Below, in pieces: positions 1 to 11,366 of a stretch of DNA of 64,000 nucleotides. The stretch covers positions 434,001-498,000 of the forward strand of contig JALDZX010000006.1 of NCBI GenBank assembly GCA_022813865.1. The letters run 5' to 3'. The DNA comes from Xylographa opegraphella. Its lineage: Eukaryota. The notes under the pieces are model-generated. The model was not told where the DNA came from. It did not search any database and saw nothing but the letters and a program-made list of their open reading frames with translations. Positions within the stretch are counted from its first letter, which is position 1. Each line of letters opens with the position of its first letter. Made by a program: the position numbers and the translations under genes.

Positions 1-1433
1 CCCCTCCTCTCCTAAACCCAGACTAACATCTCTCACGATCTCCACCCCTTATACTCCACCCACGATCTTGGTATCACGGCAACGTGATGAAAAGGATGAC
101 TGGACAAGCGCATCGGAAGGTGTCTGTATTTCTTAGCTAGTCCGGTAATAAAGACAGTCAAGCAAATAAATACCACTTACCGCTCCCAATAAAGTTCTCT
201 CATATTTGGACCCCTAAGTATCAAAGTGACTTTCCTTTCTAGCCATATACCCCAGCACCTTCCGCCCCTTCTCAATCATCCTCTCCCGATCATCTCAGCC
301 CATACCCACTGTCCCCCCTTTCCTCCCCCCGCTCGAGCACACCCCCCACTCCCTCCAGCCAGCCAGCCCTCGTCCTTCCCTCACCCATATATCACCACGC
401 CCCCCTCCCTTCCCCCAACCACTTCCCACCGCCCCCAGTACAATCCACAAGCCCATCCACACAGTCCGCACCCCCATCACCACCCAACTAAGCACCACAC
501 CCACCCAACCAAACGTCAACAGCAGAGCCCAGCATGGCCCAACTAAAACACAAGAGCCACCACAACCACAGCTCCACTCTCCGGCCCCATCCACATACTC
601 CCCCGCCCAGATCCTAGGGCGGAGCAGATGGCACCCACTACCGCAGGCCGGCAGTGTGGTGGAGCGGCAGCCAAAGCCAAGGCTGGGCGGGTATGCGGAG
701 CGGCGAGAAAGGGGGGATGCGTCGTGCGAGGCCGCCGAAGCGGGGTGGCCGTCGAGGGGGGTGAGATGAGCGAGCTGGGGTGGGGATGGGGGACTGCCAG
801 CGGGTGGGCGCGAAGGGCAACATGCGGTGCGAAGGCAGGGAAGCCGTGGTGCAGGGATTCGCACGTGCGAAGTGGGTATGGCTATCGGAGTGGTGCGTGC
901 GGGGCGAGGAGATGGAATTCCGATTTCTCCAGGTGGTAGGATGGGGAATGGACAAGAGGGAGAAAGGCGGAGAGGGGGAGATTTGATCGGGCGTAGGGAT
1001 GGCCTGTGGTATGGGTTGTGCAGTGCGAGGCACACACTGACGGCAGGATTGGTTCGCTGAGATATATGATGGGGCTTCGAGGGCGAGTATGGACGTTAAG
1101 AGGGGCGAGGAGGCTGTTCGGATGTAGGACACGGGGGTGATGGGGTTGGTTGATAATAGGGAATGATGGAGGCAGGAGAGCGTGGGAGTGGGACAGCCAA
1201 AAGGGTGTAGAAAGCTTGCGAAAGACGGTGGGGGGTTGAGCGAGCTTATATAGACAATATGGAGACAGCCAGCACATACATCTCTTCAGGCTGAATCGGA
1301 CAAGGACGTATGTCGCTGAACGTGCAGGATTCGTACAAACTTGCACAACAGGAGCAGGATTAAACAAGACTATACATACTGTGATTGTAGGGGGGATATC
1401 GAAATTCAACGCAACGCCTCCGCTAAGTGTCCG

Positions 1434-3563
1434 TCAGAAGCATTTTAACAGCTTGTCCTTGAACCACCTCCACACTTGCACCCCAGACCCCGATCTCCCA
1501 GTTGTCGAACTATCGAGATGGGTCAGTTTGAGAAGATCGTGCCGCTGCATGAACGATCGATTTCTCTTGCCAAAGATATCTATATTTCCAAATGTCAGCA
1601 ATCAAATATCAACGTGGAAATTCGTGCCAAATCTGCTTACACATCGGTATACTGAGACAACAAATGACAACCTGCAAACTTGCAATGACCATGAACGTCT
1701 TCAGTACCCCAGACTGAACCAGCCATTCGTAAGCACTCCAAGTCAGGCCAAAGCTGAAAATATTCTTGAAGATGAGCAAGCAGGTAAATGCTTCCACGGC
1801 GATTTCTCCTAAAAAAACTATCAATATGATTACCGGAAGATTACAGGGTAACCGTTGGCTGGACTTACGATGTGCGTCAACAATATATAGTGCACTCGCT
1901 ACAGCCCCAATGACCATACCCATGACTTCCCATGCGAAGAAGAAGTCGGGTAAAAACCATCCGTACTGAGGCAGATTATTCGCAGTTATCCCAAATCCAT
2001 ACAAACCGATACATCCAGTGACCAGTTGGGCAACTACAAGCACGATACGGAATTCGGGCTCGTAGACGCCTTTGTTTCTGCGAATCATGAGATTCGTTGA
2101 CCAATCTGCGAGAAAGCCGGCAAGGAGAAAGCCAAGAACGGCTCCGACGAAGGCCTCGTATGGTCAGTAGAGCTCAAAGAATGATCAAGGTATTGACTTA
2201 CACCTGTGTACATATAGCCTGTTGTGACTTCGTTGAAGAAGAGAGGTGGCCCAAGATAGATAGCTGCCAAAACCACTCCAATAAACACAGTCCAACCGAT
2301 CATTGTGCCTTGAATCAAACAGGCCCAGAATATAGCAGGATGAAAGAATAGAGGGAATGGCCGCAGGACTAGCTTGAAAAAGTTGTCGTCTGTTTTGCGG
2401 CCATTAAATGGCAGCAGACTTCGAGCATAACTGACCTTTGCCGGCACTGGATCTTGAGTGTGCAGGTTGCGCAGTTCTGTATCGTTTTGATGCTTGTCCA
2501 AGGATGTTGGCATACTTCCATTAGAACTCCCATAGTTCGCTGAATTCTCGGGTTGAGACATCTCCCACGCAGGGTCTAGATGAGATTTCCCATCCAAATG
2601 TCCCTCACCTGTAAAATCCGTGTTCAGGTGTTCTGCTCGTCGGAAAGCAGTTTCTGGGACGAAAAAGAAGACAAACGGTAGGAGTGCACCAGTGAATATA
2701 GCGATGAAGTAAAACGACCACTGCCAGCCGAGAGTATGCGTGATCTTGCCAACAAGGATTGGTGTAAAGAAAGCGCCTCCGAACAGGGCCATGTTCGTAA
2801 GCGCCATTCGCTTGCCACGTTCCTTAGGATAATGTCAGTAGCTAGCCGTGGTGGTCGCAAGTTACAGTCGCCGCCCAAATGGTCACTCACATGGACAAAG
2901 TATAGATCCCCAACTGCAGCATTTACCAACGCTTCGAATGGCGCCAGCCCAACCCCTTGGACAACTCTAGCCCATAGCAGACTCTTATAGCTGTGTCCGC
3001 TGGCGCCACCCCATGCGCTGCTTATTATGATAAGAATTGTGCCCAGCAGGAATAGATGCCGTTTACCCCAAACTCGTGCAGAAGCCACGAAGATAAAGCC
3101 AGCGACTCCAACGCCAAGCAGATGGTAGCCCGTCAGCAATGCCATCTGGGTGAAGTCTCGTTCGAAATATAGTGACAGGGTGAGGGTATTCGCAGCCAGC
3201 AAAGGGCTGAGGGCTGACGCGATAACGGAGACAATCGAGAGGATGGAAAGAATGAAGTCTCGTCTCCATAACGGCCAGTTCTGAGAGCTGTGAGCAAGCG
3301 TAGTCTGTGTAATAAGATGCAGAGCATACCAAAGGATCGTTCGGGTCGTCACTGGGTTGTGGTACCAGAATGACCGGGACTTTGCCCGAGTGGTCATACT
3401 TCAGCCGGCTATCGACATTGATAGAGTGATCCGGCCGACTGGCATCGTCGAGCACGAATGAAGTACCTATACTTGCGTTTAGTGAATTCGGGTTGAGCAC
3501 TTTGCATTCCTTCCTACCTGGTACGTGCTCGTCGTGCTTCGGATTCAAGACGCCCAACCCCAT
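1434..3563 (-). CDS. MFS transporter (DHA1/HOL1-like), multi-exon
   Basis: ORFs 3063-3563, 2624-3397, 2085-2807 and 1609-2088 join through GT-AG introns. Motifs PQPSDDPNDPLNWPLWRRD, WGKRHLFL, VPETAFRR, YEPEFRI and many TM segments. The last exon YIFGKRNRSF...LLKCF* ends at TGA 1434-1436. Confidence 0.9.
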
Positions 3564-4243
3564 CCTGATTTCCGTTTCCTGAGGGCTGACTGGGAGAAGA
3601 ACACTCTCATCAGAGACCTCTGGCGACCCAAAGATACGAAGTACAGCCGCACACTGGTCTAGTGTGGACTAATCCGTTAGGGCGGACGTGTACCCGATGG
3701 TTTGCAGTTCCAGATCAATTCTACGCCGCCTCCAAACCAATATCTCAGCTCTACTCTATTTCATCGCCCGATACCGGAAGACTACAGAGCTGGCTATCCT
3801 GACGAGCCATACTGCTGAAACATGCAAATCTACATGATATACAATATTCTCACAAATACCCAGACCGACTCAAGCCCTGAACTTCCGGGTCATCCAACAA
3901 TGCCGTAGGGAGGTCAGCGCAGTAGTCTACGCTGTTACACGGCGAAGTCCCATTTAGATATAGTCTATCCTAGCATTCGCCAACATTGACAGGCTCGACA
4001 GGGAACAGCGGGCTAGTCCTACCTCCATAGGGGGCGAGCTATTCTCTCTCTCCCTATTCCAGCGATCGCTCCCTCACTAATCCCATGCGTGCTGAGCCAC
4101 CCAGCTGAGGCACGGCTCCCTTGGGCCTATAAGGCTCGGGTTGGCCCCCCTGCAACACGTAGTATTCTTCCACTATCTACCGTACTCCGTACTCACCGTT
4201 CAGCTCACCTCTCCATCTCATCGTTCGAGTCTCCAAAGCAAAA

Positions 4244-5129
4244 ATGCGATTCCTCGCCGTCACGCTCGTTTCCGCTCTGGTAGCACTTACATCTGCTCAG
4301 GGTTTGAACAGTTTGCCAACATGTGCTGTAAGCAGTTTTTCCTCCGGATAGCCCTGCACAATTGCCAACACTGACCGATCCCAGCAAACATGCGTTGGGA
4401 ATAGTCTTGGAAGCACCGGCTGCCAGGGCCTTGATATTGCATGTATTTGCAAGAGTAACGGATGGATCGCTGGCCTCTCGTGCTGCATCGCGAAAGGGTG
4501 CAGTGCGGCGGACCAAGAGAGTAGGCTGATGCTAAGCGTTCGCGACATATCCGAAGCTGACGTGCGTGTAGCAACCATTCAATTCGCCGACCAGCTATGC
4601 GCAGTGTAAGTCTATATCGCCTCCACTGATGGATGCTGTTTATGGAGTCTTCCTCTCTGTCAGCAGTCCCTGATACTGACGCTTGAATCCTAGCGCCGGG
4701 GTTACTCTTCCTTCAACGGTATCATGCGCCAGCTCCGCTGCTCCTCAGACATCGTCTGTTCCGAGTAGCAACACTATGATGGCTTCGACAACCGCCGCTG
4801 TAGCCGGTATCAGCACTACGGGCATGTCGTCGAGCATGACAGGGGTACTGTCGAGTGCGATGCCGAGCTCAGAATCCATGTTGGCAACTACGATGGCAGC
4901 TTCCGGTTCGTCTACAAAGGGCTCATGCACCAATGATGACTTCCTGCTCGTTCAGGTTCCAGGCTAACTCCTTTTTCAAGGTTCGACCATGCCAGCCTCC
5001 TCCGCGGCCACAGCTGCCACATCTGCCGCAAGTGCCGCAAGTCCAGTGAGCACCGCTGGAGCTGCACACAATATCGGACAAGGTATGGGAGTGGCAGGAG
5101 CAGTCGTTGCAGCTCTTGCTATGTTGTAG
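4244..5129 (+). CDS. CFEM-domain, Ser/Thr-rich, GPI-anchored cell-surface protein
   Basis: Signal peptide MRFLAVTLVSALVALTSA. Spliced 8-Cys CFEM pattern LPTCA-QTC...GCQGLDIACIC...SCC...C...C, then a Ser/Thr/Ala-rich stalk and a hydrophobic C-tail (GMGVAGAVVAALAML*). Four GT-AG introns. TATAA at ~4128. Confidence 0.88.
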
Positions 5130-6505
5130 AAAAGGAACGGTGAAGGGTGGAGAGGCAACAAGAATGGCTGGGTAGATTCGGAGGAAGGGTTTACCGAAGA
5201 GAGATTGCGCATCAAACTGGTTGCATGTGATTGTTCGATAGTTTACGCAAAGCGTCTTGATCTATACTTGAGCCCACTTTTGACATTCGCACAGGCAGTG
5301 TACATTCACCAATTCGATATGATGTTTTGCCCACAATATTGATTCGACGCTGCTTCTCTTGGTGCTGTGATCATAAGGCATGACGTCGACTTGGGGTACC
5401 CTTCTAATTGAGCCCCATATTGGTCCAGATCAACCAGGCTTTAAGCTTCACTGGTGCGGAGTACGTGGTGCACTTCTTGAACTTTAGCGAAGGAGCTTGG
5501 ATGATTCTTGTCTATGGTCCTCGTGGCCGCCCCCAATAAAGTCTGAATATGCTAGAATCGGGTACTGATAGGGTCGCACCGGATGGTTGTGCTCGAGAGT
5601 GACGAGGTGTAGGGTACTGGCCTTGCATGGCAAAGAGGGTTTAGGTAGCATTCAGAATCAACGTCGAGTTTCATGGGATAAAGCGGCCCAATGTCTCAGA
5701 TTACCTCTCTACGGACATGTCAATCTCAGAGCATGACCGAAGCAGAAGTTGTATGGTCATATAGAACTGGCAATGCTGCAGAACCCCGTGTTCAGAGAGC
5801 CCAGTATCCATTCAAAGGTGTCAGATGCAGCCTGTGCCGAGAATGCCAATGTGGTGTGGGGAACCTAGGGCCAGAACTCAATGACGTGAGGTAGCTGGCA
5901 GTGGAGACTCAATTCTCTGGAGTACAGCTTTATCGAATTTCGAAGCCACCATGCCCAGTGTAAGTCGAGGACTACCTGTTCAGTGGAGTGTATTATCTGA
6001 CGAAAGCAAGTTCATGCGAGGCAATTGCCACCCATCTGCTCGCTACCATTTAACCTATCTTGGCACTCCTCCGTGGCTTCTTCAGGCGAGGCGATTAGCG
6101 GCCAATCACGACTTTAAAATGTGTGCCCAGATTCCGTTATCAATGCTAAGCCAAGGTGGGAGGTCACTTTCGACCGACAAACCTCCCAACTTTGCTCTGT
6201 GCCACTTGGTCCACTCCGCAACCCTCGACCACGATCGCTTGCGATATGGCATCTCCATATTCGATGCCTCCAATGACGACTCTATATCAGCCTTCCTGAT
6301 CGTGCCGAGGTGGAGCCTTTGGGTGCCCCGACGCCCTCGAGTCTAAACTCGAGCGGTTCGAATCCAAATCCTCCAACCTGGTGTATAAGTAAGGACTCCT
6401 CTGGCCATGGTCTATCATATCACTTCAGACCAGCAAATAACGTCTCCCCATTCGTAGTACCGGCTCGCACAGTATCCTTGTAAGACTTATTCTGGAGAGA
6501 CTCCC

Positions 6506-8402
6506 ATGCACGCCGCTATCGAGATGTATCGCAAGGCATCCCGGCAGGGATCCGCCGACGTCTCTTCAAGCATCACGTCTCCCGACTTCGAGATGAACTG
6601 GGTACAAAAGGATGAGGAGCAAGGCAATTTCTTCCAGAGGACATGGGATGGCTTCAAGCGGGACCCGAGCCGTATGGTATCAGCAAGGGGAATCGTGGGT
6701 GCCGATGGCAAGGTCTTCGACGCCGAGGCTGCTGCGCATGCCACCGCAGATTCGCCACTTCAAAGAAGTTTGAAAGGAAGACATCTTCAGATGATTGCCA
6801 TTGGGGGCTCGATCGGTAAGATCCTTGGTGGAACTGTTCATGCGAAAGGAGTTCTAATAAATTCCTAGGGACCGGCTTGTTTGTGGGTTCCGGCAAGGCG
6901 TTGTCCACTGGCGGTCCGGCGTCTCTACTGATTGCTTTCTCTCTGATTGGCATCATGCTCTACTGTACAGTCCACGCGCTCGGGGAGATGGCCGTTGCCT
7001 TTCCGGTTGCTGGATCATTCTCAGCTTATTCAACTCGGTTCCTGGATCCTGCATGGGGCTTCGCAATGGGTTGGAATTATGCGCTTCAGTGGCTTGTTGT
7101 GCTTCCCCTGGAAGTTGTTGCTGCGTCAATAACTATCGACTATTGGGGCTCCCCGATTTCCAATGCCGTCTGGGTCACCGTTTTCCTGTTTGTCATCATT
7201 GCGATAAATCTGTTCGGTGTGAAGGGTTATGCAGAAGCGGAGTTCATCTTTGCCATCATCAAGGTAATAGCAGTCATCGGATTTATGTGAGCCTCCCTCT
7301 CGAGCTGCGTATCTGCATCATAGGCTAACGGATAATCAGCATTCTCGGCATCGTCTTGGATATCGGCGGGGGTCCGGACGGAAGCTACATTGGTGGGAAA
7401 AACTGGATCTTCCCGGGCGCTTTCCACAACGGCTTCAAGGGTCTCTGCTCAGTCTTTGTCACTGCATCCTTTGCCTTTGCTGGCACTGAACTGGTTGGGC
7501 TAGCTGCCGCAGAAACTGCCAATCCCCGCAAATCCCTCCCAACAGCTGTGAAGCAAGTCTTTTGGCGAATCTGTCTTTTCTACATTGTTTCCTTGACCTT
7601 GGTGGGCTTGCTAGTGCCGTACACCGATTCTCGCCTCATCGGAGCGTCCTCGGATTCCGATGCTCACGCCTCTCCATTCGTCATTGCGATAGCGAATGCC
7701 GGTATCCAGGTTCTCGACTCCGTGATGAACGTAGTCATCATGATTGCCGTGCTGTCCGTCGGCAACTCTTCCGTTTACGGGTCTTCGCGGACTCTTGCTG
7801 CGCTGGCAGAGCAAAAGCAGGCTCCCAAGATTTTTGCTTACATCGACAAGCGTGGTCGTCCCCTGGTCGCTATCATTTTCGCATCTGCGCTTGGTCTGCT
7901 CGCATACGTTGCTGCTTCCCCGAATCAAGATGCCGCCTTCACCTGGATGGTCGCCCTCAGTGGTCTCAGCTCCATCTTCACCTGGGGTTCGATCTGCCTC
8001 TCCCACATCCGCTTCCGTAAAGCCTGGAAAATGCAGGGTCATTCTCTCGACGAGCTCGCCTTCCTCTCGCAGGCAGGCGTCATTGGTTCTTGGCTCGGGT
8101 TTGCCTTGAACTGCCTGGTCCTTGTTGCACAGTTCTGGACCGGGTTCGCGCCCGTTGGTTATGCCGAGAACACGACGTCCGAGAATGTGCAGAATTTCTT
8201 CGAAGCCTACCTCGCAGCTCCTATCGTGTTGGCTTTCTACATTCCATATAAACTATACTACAAGACTCCGTTCATGAGATGTGTGGACATGGATCTGCAG
8301 ACCGGCATGAGGGAATTGAATTTGGTGGAGCTACTTGCGGAAGAGCGGGCCGAGCAGGCATCTTGGCCGAAGTGGAAGCGAGCGTACAAGTTCTTGTGCT
8401 GA
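6506..8402 (+). CDS. GAP1: General amino-acid permease (APC/YAT family)
   Basis: [44 protein letters not shown] and C-terminal ...KFLC*. Two introns (~6817-6869 and ~7287-7339). The symbol is a best family guess. Confidence 0.9.
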
Positions 8403-8501
8403 TGGGACGTTATTATGTATGAGCGGGTGGCATCGTGGCCGAAGTGGAAGCGAGCGTACAAGTTCTTGTGCTGATGGGACGTTATCATGTACGAGTGGGT
8501 G
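8358..8501 (+). repeat. 72-bp tandem duplication covering the permease 3' end and stop codon (2 copies)
   Basis: 8358-8429 and 8430-8501 are near-identical (gcatc[t/g]tggccgaagtggaagcgagcgtacaagttcttgtgctgatgggacgttat...) with 4 substitutions. Confidence 0.95.
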
Positions 8502-9007
8502 GAAATCGGAGTTGGCGTACTAATATATCTCTGGGTTAGGGGTACTTGGTGTACAAGGCGGTATTGGTCAAGAGGGAGTGCGAGAGGGCAACGGATAGAT
8601 GATCATCTTCTGGATGAGCGGCGCTGGCAGTCTATAGATTTATTGGGACGGGACCAGCGCGGGAATGCGCAAGATCATCGTTAGACATGCGGCTTGATCG
8701 TGTATTCCAGATGTAGCAGTCGTTTTCATAGCACGTTAATATAGGTAGGTACCTTAATATAAAACTTGAAATTCCTCTCACGCGACGTAGCCTGCGCTAG
8801 AATCATACCTTAAATTCTATTAGTACTCGGTACTATTACTTAGCAAAGCCCAGCTCGCCATCCACCGTCCCACCCGCCCTACATAACCTCCACCCCTCCC
8901 GCCATCCACAACCCACCGTCCCCGCCACGCCCGTCCCCAAGCCCCCATTATTCTTCCACACAACATCCACAACATCCACCACACCCACCACACCCACCAC
9001 ACCCAGC

Positions 9008-9936
9008 ATGCCCGCCGCTCCCCGCCACCACCCAGCCCTCACGCTCTTCCTCGACTTCGACGGCACCCTCACGCACAGCGACACCCTCGCCGCCCTCGCC
9101 TCGATCCCATACACCCTGCGCGCCAGCCGCCCCCCCACCACCTCGCCCGCCCCTCCCCCCCTCCCGCCCTTCACGCACTTCTCGCACCTCTACCTCTCCT
9201 CCCTCGCCTTCCACACCACCACCTACCACCCCCCCACCCCCCAGCGCACCACCCCCGCGCTCGAGCTCGCCTTCCTAGCCAGCCAGCGCGCCCTCGAGGA
9301 AGCCAGCGTGCGCCGCGTCGAAGCCGCGGGCGTGTTCCGCGGCGTGCGCAGAGCGGATATAGAGAGCGGGGCGAGGCGGATGGTGAGGAGCGGGGAGGTA
9401 AGGGTGAGGGAGGGGTGGGTGGGTGCGTTGAGGGCGGGGGAGGCGGTGTGGGTGGTTAGTGTGAATTGGAGTCGGGCGTGGGTGCGGGGGGTGTTGGATG
9501 CGGGGATTGGGGGGGAAGGGGTGAGGGTTGTGGCTAATGAGGTGGGGGGGTTGGATGCCGAGGGGGGGAGTGCGGGGGGGNNNNNNNNNNNNNNNNNNNN
9601 NNNNNNNNNNNNNNNNNNNNNNNNNNNNNNNNNNNNNNNNNNNNNNNNNNNNGTGGAGTGTGTTTGTGGGGGATTCGGTGGGCGATTTGGCTCCGTTGCT
9701 GTGGTGCGATGTGGGGGTTTGTGTGCGGGATGAGGTTATGGGCGAGGGGCAGCGGGCGTTGGCGGAGGGGTTGGAGAGGGTGGGCGTGCGCTGTGGGTNN
9801 NNNNNNNNNNNNNNNNNNNNNNNNNNNNNNNNNNNNNNNNNNNNNNNNNNNNNNNNNNNNNNNNNNNNNNNNNNNNNNNNNNNNNNNNNNNNNNNNNNNN
9901 NNNNNNNNNTGGGGGGGGATTGTCTGGGTTTCGTGA
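9008..9936 (+). CDS. HAD-superfamily phosphatase (Cto1/TH2-HAD-like); 3' end uncertain because of gaps
   Basis: Motif I LFLDFDGTLT, VVSVNWS, VVANE and motif IV VFVGDSVGDLAPLLWCDVGVCV. Interrupted by N runs. Confidence 0.75.
9581..9909. other. Two assembly gaps (9581-9652, 9799-9909) in G-rich sequence
   Basis: Runs of n flanked by poly-G tracts. Confidence 1.
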
Positions 9937-9966
9937 AGCTATATACAGTGATAACGCGCGCGTCCC

Positions 9967-11366
9967 TTATCTTGCCAGCGCGGCGCGGATCAACCTCTTG
10001 TACCCGTCGACGGCGGCCAGCAGATCGTCGACCGTGAGGTGCTCGTGGTCGGAGTGCGCAACGAGGATGGAGCCGGGGCCGTAGAGGTACCGCTTATGGT
10101 GGCCCGCGAGGTTCGGGATGTCCTGATGGGAGTTTTGTCAGCCGGTCTTTTTGTCCGCCAGAGGCGTGGAGGGAGGAGGGTCCTACCGTGCCGTAATTCA
10201 CCACGATGGTGTCGAAGCCTGTAGCACCGTCAGCGGGAGCCGGCGCGTTGGGCTATCGGCCCGGGCGGACTCACCCTCAACGTCGCTGTCGATGTACACG
10301 GGCCCGTAGCCTCCGCTGGAGAAGTCGAACTGCAGCCGCTTGTCGATCTGGGCGATGGCATCGAGCACCGTCTGCTTCGCATCGTCGGCCGTGCCCGCCG
10401 CGAGCCGGATGGCCACCTGCGCGCTCGCGGTCTCGGCGATGACGTTGGCGGCGACGCCGCCCTCCATGCGGCCGATGTTGATGGTCGTGTTGCCGTACCT
10501 GTACCCATGTTTTCAGCGTCCAGCCCTGGCGACAACCATTCTTTCACCGGGGAGGTTTACTTTTCCGAGCTCGGCAGCTCCAGCTTATCGATCGCCGCCA
10601 GCGCCGGGATCAGCATCGAATTCGCGCTCTCCCCCAGCCAGGGATAGCCGCTGTGGCCGGCTTTGCCCTCGGCCGTGATGCGGAAGCCGAGGTTGCCTTT
10701 GTGGCCGGACGCCAGCTTCAAGTCCGTCGGCTCGCCGAAGATGGCGGCCTCCCAGCTCAGGTCCAGCTCGTTGGCCGTGCGCATGCCATCGCCGCCGGTC
10801 TCCTCGCCGACGACGAACAGGAAGGCGACGTCCCCGGGGCGGATCTCGCCGGCGCGCAGCAGTTCTTGCACGGCGGTGATCTGAGCGGCGACGCACCCCT
10901 TGGCGTCCACGCTGCCGCGGCCCCAGATCTCGGTCGAGTTGCGGACTTCGTACGGCCAGAAGGGGGGCACGGTGTCGATGTGGCTCGACACCAGCACGCG
11001 GCTCTTCGGCGACGGGCCCGAGTAGGCGAGGACGTTGAACCTCTCGGCCTTTGCGACGTCGTGGGCTGGAGGGGCGGGTTGGCCCGTTGGCGACGAGGAG
11101 ACCGATTGCTTCTTGACGGTGAAGTTGTGGCCGCTGAGGTAATCGGCCAGGTACCGGCCCACGGCATTCTCGTTGCCGGTGATGGACTCGCTTTTCACCA
11201 GGTTGCGGTGCAATTCCACGAGTTTTCCTGAATGAACGTGGTCCTCTTGGTTCAGTCGCTGCTGCTGCTGCTGCTGGCCCGATGGTGTATCGGCTGAAGC
11301 GAAAAGAAGCAATTGAAAAGACAGGAATAACCAAGTCTGGTACCACAGCGACAGAGTCGACAGCAT
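9967..11366 (-). CDS. M20/ArgE-DapE family metallopeptidase with signal peptide (4 exons)
   Basis: [52 protein letters not shown] and [14 protein letters not shown]. Spliced stop TAA at 9967-9969. Confidence 0.9.

Noticed and set aside
6300..6375. tRNA gene suggested by GGTTCGAATCC
   Set aside because: No T-stem complement, acceptor stem or A-box. Kept only as an isolated B-box.
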